From Trichoplax adhaerens (lineage: Eukaryota; Animalia; Placozoa), in NCBI RefSeq assembly GCF_000150275.1, contig NW_002060945.1:8882011-8946010 (forward strand): a DNA stretch of 64,000 nt. Direction: 5' to 3'. A program made the position numbers and the translations under genes. Shown piece after piece: positions 40,389 to 52,473 of this stretch. Each line of letters starts with the position of its first letter. Position 1 is the first letter of the stretch. Below the pieces are notes generated by a model. It did not search any database, was not told the origin of the DNA, and saw only the letters and a list, made by a program, of their open reading frames with translations.

Positions 40389-43300
40389 TAGGCAATGTGC
40401 TTATACGACCCAGCTCTTGCTGATGTCTGCTCTATAACTACAATAGGTAGAAAAGTGACCACTCAATAAGCTTTGGACAACCCATTTTCATTGATTTTCC
40501 ACTATGATTGAATGGCGACGAATTGATACTCTCATGGTATCAACAGTACCAAAATACTATAAAAGTCTATCAAAATTGTAGGAGTCGGATATTACTGTTG
40601 ATCCGATTTTTATTCCTTGTTGTGCAATACTAGAGGTACAGCAATGTAAAAATGATTCCTCTGATCGGCCTATTTCACATCGCTGAGGTTAGTCCTAAGG
40701 TCGGTATAAAGCCTCATGCTTTACATTTCTTACTAGCTTATTACTAATGATATAATTCAACATCTCCAACTTATCCTGCAGGAAGCGCAAAATTTACTGA
40801 GGCACTGTTATTTCACTATCATAGTCGAAGCTGTAAGTTATGCTGCTAGATCATATCGATCTTAGATACGCATACTAGGTGTATCTAACCAGATAACTTG
40901 ATTGCTGGTGCAAATGAAATCAAGCTATCGGATTATAGTCAATATTTCTTAGGGCCTAGAGTTACTTTAAACTTTTCTTTAAATCTTAATCAATACCCTA
41001 GCTAACTAATACTATAGAATAGATTTAACTATCATCAACCATACTACCAGCATCGGTCAGATTTATCCTTTTGAGACTCTCATAAAGAGTTGTAACGGTA
41101 GCCTGCTTTCTAAATTTTCTTTATACTGTGCAATTAAAAGCAAGATGTAAATAGAGTTATACACTTGGAAATGGGCCTTTGCCGTACACTACGATATTAG
41201 TCAAAAAAAACTCCGCGACCTAAAGATATCAGTAAAATAGATTACATGCTGCAGTAATTTTTCACTCAAGAGCTAATCCTCATCGTTTCACTTATAGTTT
41301 TATTATAATTCTCATTCTTTACCATATGGCACCATCAAGCTTTATTAACAATTTTGGCCAGTTAAACTCAAACCATATAGTTGATATCTGAAACTCAATA
41401 CCTAATATGAGAATTATTTCAAGATTATGATACCTGCATAAGTGCATATGGATACTCTTTCAATTAGAAATACGTGTACACAGACATAAGGATACACATA
41501 CTTTGAAACTAAAAAATACTGCATACCTATCGACGACACGATGAGATTATTCACATGTTAAATATATCAGTGGAGCTAGTTACTAAATTTGGATGCATAA
41601 ATATTCTACGAAGCCAAACGCGTTTGTAACAACGTCAAGAAATTGCAAACTTGTATACTTGAAGTAATCTATCAAAATAAGGATATATAACAAGCTATTA
41701 AGCTACAAAAATATATTAAACGATATTCAAAATTAATTATTAAGAAATGTGTGCGCCTCGTAATGATGATGAAACTAACCTATACCGTAATGCCTTGGAT
41801 TTTTAGGCTGAAGTATAGATAATGATATTAAGCAATTATTTAAAACTATATCTACATGCAACAATCTATCAGGAGAGAGATGCATTCTAAGTGTTGGAAC
41901 TACATAAATAGGAGCGAACGATTTTAAAAATTATCTAGAAATCTATGTATATTATATAAGCTACATAAATGCTTGGAGCAATATCGAAAAAGTTATCTAG
42001 AAATGCATCTATTTTACGATGTTGAAGCAAGCTTCTAAGATAGCTATCCTGCATGCAGTTAATAAGAAATTTACTTAACTCATAGCAATACGTAGATGTA
42101 GGCCACTAAGATCAGAATTTGAATGCATGCTTTAACAGCAAAAAATGAACACAAAATTAATACGATAAGACTATCTAAAACTATCTCTACATATTGTGAC
42201 AGTATCTCGGATTCGCATAGATTATGATATGCATCACTTTTAAGCTGGAAAGCAATGAAATATCATACAATTCTTCAGACATTAGCCTGTCACAATTAGT
42301 TGAAGATAGGTTACCTATACTATTCTATACGTATACTTGGGGTCAAGGTAAAGGTGCAAAATGATTGGAACTACGTGACCCGCAATTTTTTATAAAATGA
42401 ATATCCAAATAATTATCATACAACTAAATACTTTTAATTTTTAAAATATGGTGATAGTATGATAATGACATTGTTCTATCGTTTCCTTAGTTACTAGCAT
42501 AAATGTAAATGGATAATTAAGTACAATAGTAAAGTTTAGTATTGTTACTATATCAAATTTAAAAGATACGATTAGGTACTCTGTATTCTTGCATCAGACA
42601 GATTGATGTAGTTGGGCATAGTTATTCATTAATTCGTTCTGTCTTTTCTATTGTATAGTTGAATTAATTTTACCTTTTAATATTACAATAAAGGACATAA
42701 ACATCTACTAGTTTGTTACGTTAGTATAGAGTAATTTATTTTGCATTATAATAGCAGGCTTAATTAATAGAAAAAGGGAATAAACAGCCGAAAACAATGT
42801 ATCAACCGGCAATCTTTTGATGCAACTGGGTTCAGTGGAAAACAATATCTTAGGAAAGATAGGTCAAGATCCCCTATAGATAGATGGGTCAACTAAACTA
42901 TTATTTATGTCTAAGGGTACATAAGAAGAGATTTTCTTAGTTCTACTACTAAGTCATGCTGAGCTTATAGCTCTATTAACAAGACAGTTAGTTATATGCT
43001 TTTATTGAAATCTTAATGTATAGAGTATATAGAGTGGACAAATTAAAAATTTGCCGTCGTGGACTAAATTGAATTTAATAAAACAGCTATTACCATAACG
43101 AATCGGATAATCTATTAAACTTTTTTAGTCATATTTTACTCAAAAGAAAATAACAGCAAGATACCATTATAGGTCGGATTGCCACGTATTGCTGAAGACG
43201 CCCTGCCCTGGCTTCGTATAATTATATACAGTCACTATTAGCCTATCATTATTTTTCTCGTCCATAAGGTCATTTCCATGTTATGCAACAAGTTGAAAAT

Positions 43301-43765
43301 TATCACACCAGCATAATTCTAGGACAAGACCATGGCTACTAATTCTGCTCTTTCGCTCCAAAGGTGATCAAGTTATGATTTAGATAGTTGTATAATTTAC
43401 TTATGAAAGAAAAAAATCATCTTTAGCCGTTGACGTTTATCAAATCTACATGCACGAAAGAATGGAAATAGTTTGCCATAACTAAGAGTAGATCATTAGT
43501 TGTTTTCACTACTGCAATTTCATAATAAGACTATTAAACATATGAAGTTTTATCATAATACTAGTGAAAAGTATTTCAGAAATTGGCCTCAAACGACTGT
43601 ATTTATCCAGTATTAGTAAATTGGTATTACTATTTCTGGACTATTTGTTTTCCTAAAATGTATAAGAAACCATCGTTTAGTTAATCAATCTCATTAATTG
43701 TAGATATTACTCATCTACTCTACTATTTTAGCTGGATACAATTGCTTAGCTGTTCGTAAAATAGA

Positions 43766-46700
43766 ATGACAGTGAGTGGATATACTTAAGATCCACAAAA
43801 TTCAGATACAGACGAAGAAAATAATAGCTGCTGTCGAAGAAAGGATAGATTACTTTTCCTAGAGATGATAGTTTTGCTATACTATTTTCATCTATACCGT
43901 ATCCAAACTAATCAGAAAATAAGAGTAGCGACCATCCTAGTAGGAAAGAAGTTTGGAAAACTTTATACAATTATTTTTACTCATGCGTTGTGCAGATCTG
44001 TTATATGCTTAATCCACGGCTTAAATTATGCATAATCGACTAATACTAACACGCGTATAGGATCAAGTTGCTAAATAACTTCGGTACCTCTGCTTTAAGT
44101 TAGAAGTTCTAAAATTGGATAATTCTTCGCTATTTTACAACAATCGTTCGTCATTAAAATCAACAATAATATTGCTTATTCGTATTTACATGGATGAAAC
44201 TTGATCATTTTTAGCTTTGATAAACAAGTAGAATTATCATCTAATGTAACAGCTAACTTAAATTGAATACATCGATCAAATATAGACGAATACAAAGAGG
44301 TAAAGCAACTATTTCATATAAAATTTGCTTTTATTTTTCCAAAATAACCATTCCATGTTGCCGGAATCCATCGCCTTGCAACGAATAGTATAACCCCATC
44401 TATTAATCCGGGAAAAGATGATAAGAAAGACCCTGCTTCACCATTAACAGAACCCAAAGGCGATAATGTTCATCAGAATGAAGAACAGCTACCAAAAGAA
44501 GACCAAAAACCCGCAGACGATGAAACAGAAAAAATGCCTTCTCAAGGGGATGATAATATGAATTCTGAAATTGCCCCTTCCAATGATGATGAAAAGTTAA
44601 TTCCAAATGAACAAGAATCGCCAGTAACTAAGAAAAATCCAATCGATGTGGCAGGAAATGATGTTGATGAAGAAAAGTTAAAACCATCATCAGAAGATAC
44701 CGCCAATGATAATAATGTCGAAAACGTAAGTAAACCTACTCTTTCATCGGATAATCCATCACCTGCTCAAGAAGAAATAGAAAACAGTTTAAGTCCAGTA
44801 GATTATCAAGATGACCATAGTGCGTCAACAAGTGATATAGAAGATGAAGACGCTATCCATAACACATTAATAAAATCACCTTCAAAGATGAGCTTCCACG
44901 AAGGAATAACCATTGAATGGAATAACATTGTCGTTAAAGCCCGCGCACCACGTCCAAATCCAATTCGAAGATTAATTAGCAGAAATGCCAATAAGACTGA
45001 GACGAAGACTGTCCTTCACGGAAGTAAATCGTAGTGTAACCAGCTTACAATTTATTCATTATTCAAATATCTTAAAATCGATAACTACATACGAAAGATA
45101 AACTTCTTTTAAATGACTAGTTATCATCATGATTGTTGAATTCTCTTTTTCTAAATCTTCTTTCATGCTATTATGGTTGATCTTCTAGTTTCGGGTGTTG
45201 CTGAACCTGGAAATTTAATAGCAGTTATGGGTGCAAGGTAATATAAAATGAATAAGTGATCTAGTACTAAGTAGAAATTGCAATCATCAATCTCATTTTT
45301 AATCACTCTATTACTAGCGGAGCCGGTAAAACAACGATGCTTAATGTACTTGCCCGACGAAATTATAAATCCCTTATGATCCAAGGACAAGTAACAGTTA
45401 ATGGCAGATCGATTGGCAAAAAAATCACCAAAATTTCCGCTTATTTTCAGCAAAGTGATCTCTTTATGGGCTGTTTGACAGTTAAAGAACACCTCCTATT
45501 CCAGGTAAGACGTTAATCATAATGATAGAGAGTGCTATGAATTGGGAGGACTGTTGAAATCCAGGGCAAAGAATGTTAGCTACTCATTTGAACAGCTAAA
45601 ATGTAAACGTGATTTTGTAAATTCACACTAGGCTTTATTGCGAATGAAGAGAGAAGTTCCTTATGAAGATCGCGTTAATCGAGTCGATGAAGTTATTACT
45701 CAGGTATAGCAATCAAGTAAAAGGATTTATGTGCTCTATTTACGTTAAAAAAAGTAATGGTAGAACAGACATGATGAATTGGATCAAGTTCTAATGCAGG
45801 ATACACGTATACCAATAATAGTTATAAATTTATCCTCTCCATTCCATTTCTGATATCTAATGCACGTAAAAATATACTAGATGGACATTTGAAATGATTC
45901 CTATGGCAACAGAGAGACTAAGATTTTAAAGGCGATTTCTCTCTAAATTACTTTTGCTCACTTTTCACGGTATTCACTGCATATGTGACAGATTGGATAT
46001 CATACTGTACACTAGTTAAATGGGATTTCTGGGTTAAGGAAGAAAGATTTGCCGAAACTCTGCACTTCAATAAAATATTAAAGATAGACAGAGTCTATAT
46101 TAGACGATAACTTCTAGCTAGCGCTTTTAACTAGATTGAAGAATTTTTATAGGAACAAGCCTTAAAACATGATAACTTGTTCAAACCTCATCAAAATGAA
46201 GTAAAATATCTCTAACCTATTTCTATCTGCTCTTTTTAATGACATAATTGAATCTAGTTTGGATTATCCAAATGTGCGGATACTGTGATTGGAATACCAG
46301 GCACTCAGCGTGGTATATCAGGCGGAGAACGAAGAAGATTGATGTTTGCCTCAGAGGTAATGTTAACTCTCGCTTCCCATAGTTAAGCAAGTTTATTTCT
46401 ACTTTAAGTAGAGAGATTATCGAGAATTATACTTGTATAGAACTCTATAAGCTACAAAAATTTGCTGTACATTAACATGAGTTTAGCACTAATTTTTAAT
46501 AGCGAGTCTGAAACGATACTCGACAGCAATAAAAAATGAGATATCATACTTTCGCTAAGAGATAGTAATCAATTATCCACCTCATTTTCTTAATCCATGC
46601 AAGTCAATATCAATGGATAACCTGGCTGATTTCTTTCTTTTTCATTTCTTCTGTGTATTGATAGTTAATTATTGATGCCAAATTATTATTTGCCGACGAA

Positions 46701-49700
46701 CCAACATCGGGATTGGATTCATATATGGCTGCCAATGTTATCTCGGCATTACAACAACTTGTGCGACAGGGAAAGACAGTGTTATGTACCATCCATCAAC
46801 CATCTTCCGAAGTTTATAACATGTTTGATCAGTAAGAGGAAATTTCTATCCTGTAATCTTTGATTTACTTGGTTTAAAAGCATTAAAATGATAGCAATTG
46901 CCAATCGATAAAGTAATATAATATAATATATCAAGAATAGATTCATGTTATTCGTGGATCATTTTAATCAGTCTGAGATCGCATCGTGTTCTGATTTTTC
47001 GAATATATATTAAATAGCATGAATTTATTGGATTATAAAATTGGATAATACTATAATTTATTCATCAGTTATCGTCCTGATATATCAATCATAAAAATTA
47101 CTATCTTATAGCAGGATTTTATTTGTTTCTACTGAGGTAATATTGTATGGCTAAATAGTTTACATTGGATGAGAATTTATGTACTGGTTGTAAAAATTCC
47201 TATCCTGCAGTAGTATTTCATTCGTTTCTATTGAGGTAACATTCCAGGGCTAAATAACCCAAATCGGATATAAATTTGAATATCACTTATAAATTCTGAT
47301 AGACTTACTGTAAAAGTTTCATTCCTATAGTAGTATTTCATTCGTTTCGACTGAGATAATACTCCAGGACTAGATGGTTCACATTGGATAAGAATTCATA
47401 TACAGGTTGTAAAAATTCTTGTCCTACAGTAGTATTTCATTCGTTTCTACTGAGGTAATATTCTAAGACTAAATAGTTCAATATCGGATAAGAATTCATA
47501 TATGGGTTATCATCCTGATATACGGATCATAAAAAATTTTCGTCTTACAGCAGTATTTCCTTCGTTATTGGATAGTAATCTATACATTGATTATAATCCT
47601 GATATCCAACAGCCGTGTATCATTGCTTCTGCTAAATAAGGCAATATTGTATTCTCGAAGAGTTTATATTGGATAAGAAAGCAGATACATAAGCTATCAT
47701 TCTGAGGCCTTGGTTTTTTAGTGCAAAGTTTTCCGTCTTATAAGTGCATTTCACTCAGTTTACCGAGTTAGAAAATTTTCCAACATTGAACAGCTCGTCC
47801 ATTAATATTCTATAAATATCAATTTTTGTATTATTTAGGGTATTACTTATGGCTGAAGGAAGAATTGCTTACATGGGGAAAAGAGAAGAAGCTCTAACAT
47901 TTTTTAAGCAGTAAATAGAAATTGTATAGCGATATCATTCAATTGCTGTTTTATCTATCTATTTCACAAGTTATTGAATTAATTTTCCATATAGATCTGG
48001 CTATGAATGCCCTGTAGAATATAATCCAGCAGATTATTTTATTTCCCTGCTCGCTATTAATCCTAATGATGAGGAATCGTCACGTAAGCGTGTCCAGGTA
48101 ATAAATTGGAATTAGTAAATTTTTATTATTTTATTATTATATATGATATCATAAGTTGTTACATAATTCTAACCCTGGCTAGATATACCGTATAATAATA
48201 AATTTATCCATACTAGGCAATTACGGAAGCCTATAATACCAGAGATATTGATGCTACCGATGAGAATGTAAGTCATTGAGATAATAATTGCCGATATTAT
48301 TAATAAGCAGGATGGATTCATGGTCAAATCATTCCTAATGGATAATAATCAGATTTAGATCGATTCTTTAATCCCTTTCTCTCTTGGTTCATCTACTATA
48401 GGACGATTCAAATGCTATTGAATGGTCGTTAACAGAAGAGGCTCCATCTAAGTTAGTTGCATTCCTTTAAGATGACCAATTTCTAGATATTTGTCTACAG
48501 AGATATTTTTAACATCATGGAATTTCTATTTTCTATTGAAATCGATTAGATATAGGGCAACATGGCTCGAACAAATGTATGCTGTATTATGGCGATCGTT
48601 TATTATTTTACTCAGAAATCCTTTACTAACAAAAGTTAGAATTGGACAGGCAATTGTAAGTATTAGAAGTGATTTAGACGTAGTCATATCTTTAAATTTG
48701 CAAAGATGTCCTGTCATTACAAGTTAATAGCAAAGACTTAAAATCATAGTCAATTACAACCAATGTGCATTAGATGTTCACTCTAATATCTTTTCCATTT
48801 GAAGTTTAATTCTGTTTTAGCTGGCTTGATCTACCTCCAAATAAAGTATAATCAAGACGCTGTTCAAAATGTTGGAGGAGGTTTATTTTTCGTATTAGCC
48901 AATGCATCCTTTGGAAACATCTTTAGCGTTCTAAGAGTAAGATTTAAATTATACTGAGAAGAAGCAGAAACACTTTAACTGGCGTAGTTGAAATGCAATT
49001 ATATAACTGACTAAATGGTACTAGTAACTACATAAGATAACTTTACCAATGATGATAATTTACAGACATTTACGGAAGAAGTGCCGGTTTTTATACGAGA
49101 ACATCGGAGTAGAATGTATAGAACTGATGTTTATTTTCTCTGCAAGAATGTTGTGGAGGTACGTCTATGCACAATGTAGATATAGAGGTAAATTAAATAG
49201 CAAGTAAATAAAATTATATTGACTATAAGTACTAACCATAGTCAAATTTGTTAATTTTAGCTGCCTAATGCCCTCATATCTTCTATTCTGGCAGCAACGA
49301 TAACATATTGGATGTTTGGTAATTTTAAATTGCGATAAAATGCTGAATATACGCTTATATACATGTGAATGATAGGTATACATCAAAGTTGGAGATGATA
49401 CTTTTTAAGGTCCTTATTGACTTTTAAAATTAGGTTTAAATCCTCACTGGACTAATTTTCTAGTTTACCTTGCAATAATAACTTTGGTTAGCAATGTTGC
49501 CATATCTTATGGTTGGTGATCTACTTAACTATCAATTCTTGTTCTATAACCACATCTTGATAGCTTAATTATTACCCCCATTGGGCATTTCATTTACTTA
49601 TATAGAGGGCAATAAATACTGCTACTCATTTTTATCTATTTGCCTCCTGTATAGGGTATATGATATCTTGTATATCAAAAAATTTAGTGGTTGCAAGTGC

Positions 49701-50479
49701 AATCTCTTCCTTATTTTTAATGCCGATGATGCTTTTTGGAGGCTTTTTCGTCAAGAATGGGTACGCCTATGGCTTCCTTTTGTAGCTTCTAGTTTCATAA
49801 TTTATAGTGTAATAGCTAAATTAGATGAAATTGCCATAACTTTAATTAAATAGTAGCCATCTATCGGTATACGTAGGTATCTACTTATTCGAAATGGGCT
49901 ATACCCATTTATAGAGAAAAAGAAATTATGCGATACACTCGTAGAAGTAGTTTCATTTTAATCTAATTTGGTATTTTCTCTCGATATCTTTAGGACGGAA
50001 AAGCCCTATTTCATTTGGTTGCGCTACTTATCCTGGTTTAGCTACTCCTTTGAAGCTTTGAACATAAACCAATGGGAATCTTTTGGCAATCTAAGTAAAA
50101 TAAATTAATCAATTATAAAATATAACGCAGTTGATATTAATTTACATATAGATAAAATTGATTACAATATAACATTAATATCGTTGGTATATTTTTAATT
50201 AAGCCTGCAATCCAGAGATAGCAATATGCTTAAAGAACGGTGGAGAAGTCCTCAAATTTTATAATTACGATGCCGTAAGTTGTATTATATATGATTTCGA
50301 TTACAGTAATATTGACTTTATCCATAATCCTATAAGTAATACTATGCTTCAAAATCTATTTTATTCAATAGGCAAATATCTACTTTGACATTGGAATGTT
50401 AATTATGTTTCTATTTGTCTGGCGTATCATTGCTTTTATCGCACTTTATTGTAGAACTAGGCTATCGCGTGAAAGTTAA
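43766..50479 (+). CDS. white: ABCG half-transporter, white/scarlet-like; start at 43766 is predicted, alternative start 44534
   Basis: Walker [20 protein letters not shown], signature [16 protein letters not shown], Walker B/D-loop [13 protein letters not shown] and H-loop TIHQPSSEV. Also present are [30 protein letters not shown] and [23 protein letters not shown]-then-TMD order fits ABCG. Stop TAA at 50477-50479. Confidence 0.93.
47070..47570. repeat. Degenerate intronic tandem repeat with alternating 99/120-bp spacing (ABCG intron)
   Basis: Motif ag(t/c)agtatttcattcgtttc(t/g)actgaggtaa occurs at 47110, 47209, 47329, 47428 and 47549. Confidence 0.85.
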
Positions 50480-52473
50480 CACGTTAAAGTAGAGTTGACA
50501 ATTCTAATTGGCTTCCAGTAACCATAAAACATGCGCCATATTCATTCTTAATTTTATGAAAGCGATCTTTACTATTTTAAGCGGTTAAAATTCTCTGCTA
50601 CCAAAATGTAGCTGATCTACAGTAATTGCTGGTAAAATAGCATTATATTTGTAGGGGTTTACTGGTTGACTCGTGTAATTACATAATCAATTGGTGACTA
50701 ATTTGGATTAAACACATACCAAACAAATATCTAACAGTTAGTGCGATACGTTATTTTTTTCAGTAATCCTACGATAAGCCATTTTAAACTCTATCAAAAG
50801 CATTACTATTACGTTGTGAAAAGAACGGTATACAATCTTAGTATTACAATGGATATGGCCAAGTTTTAAGTTTATTCTTTCAAATCTATGATAAAGACTA
50901 GTAGCAAAAATGATATACGTATATGTCTCTTTGAAATATTTTTACAACCATGTAGTAATTAGGAAAGTACGGTAACAAAGTAATCTTAAAGGATGTACGG
51001 CATAGTTGGTTATTTGGTAAAGATTCATTAATATTTTTGATGCTGATCTATTTTATATATTCTTTCTTAATAATTCGAGCACGGCAAATATTTATGCAAT
51101 TAAAGGGATAAGTTCGAACTAATTTTTGAAGTTTCATTGATATTGAAGTTTTGATTTCTAGATGTACTATCAGTAGCTCCATAATTAATTAAAGAATATG
51201 TATAAAGTTTGAAACTATTTTTATGAAAGTAAGTGACTAGCGTATTTTCTACATCTTCTAAACAATACTTTATCCTTATTGTTAAGATACATGAAACTAC
51301 ATATATAAAAGCTGTAGATGTTAATATTAGATTACATCATTAAAATAAGTAGTAAATACACAACAGCACGTAAAAAAATTTCAGTATCTCCCATTGCATC
51401 AGGCAGCATCTCCAAGTATACGAGTATATATATATATATATGACTTAATTCCCATCCTGATAGATCTCCTGATAATATCAGAGACTGAGTTTAATTCACA
51501 GACATTCCTAATAATGGGTAATTTCGGAAATAGCTATAACTAAGGATTATCCTAATGCAGTATATAAAATAAATAAAAGTTGTTTGAGTAGCTTCTGAAG
51601 CCATCAATACCAGTACGGGGTCTAAAGACAGGTATTAATTGCTGTCAAAGCTCAATTAATAATAATGTTGAATCGCTACGATAACTTTTTCAATCTGTCA
51701 ATGGATGATTAAAACAATTGTGTTTTTCAAGACTACTACACATCATTGGTAACTTATGGATATTATAATACCTTTTCAACTTTGTGCCCATTTCATATTT
51801 GGTATACTACTGTTATTCGCATAAGGATAATATTTATGAGATACATGACTAGAAATGGCACATAGTATAATCTGTAGTTAAGATAGGTATTTTAAAGTGC
51901 TTTTATTATAAATTTTTACTTGTAAGAGTAAAGACTGACGTCGATGACATAATCGAAAGTGGTTTACATTTTACAGTAAAAAAATTTAAAATCAGATTAG
52001 CTTTAAATGAAGCTATGAATCGCTGAAATGATATTGAATCAGTGAGTAAATATACCGAAGATAAAACAAACTGTATAAAAATAATAGATAACCCGGTACA
52101 TTAAAAATTTATAATAAAGTACAAGAGCAGCAGTAATCATGTCGAAGTGAAGCTTCGTAGAATCATAAATAAAAAAAAACTTAAAAAATTAGAGATGATT
52201 ATCAAACGGGTCATTATTTTAATACTATAGAAATAATTGAGATTTATTGTTTTTTCAATGTAGTAGAGTGTAGCTCAATTAATGCCTGACAGCAGTTACT
52301 TATTGGACAATTTCTTCAAGCCATCTTGCAATTGTAATTATCATATTTACAATATAAAAGCGATAAAAATTGACTGCGGCAATGCAGTACGATAATTATT
52401 AACTAAAGTAATACTATTAACAATTTCGATTACAAGCGGATCGTCTCGGTTGTTACACCAAAAATAATACAAT

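Noticed and set aside
39368-40437. Repeated 64-69 aa ORFs (MQFWAKIEALSANP…)
   Set aside because: They derive from the satellite unit; indels between units shift the frame, so no coding constraint is evident.
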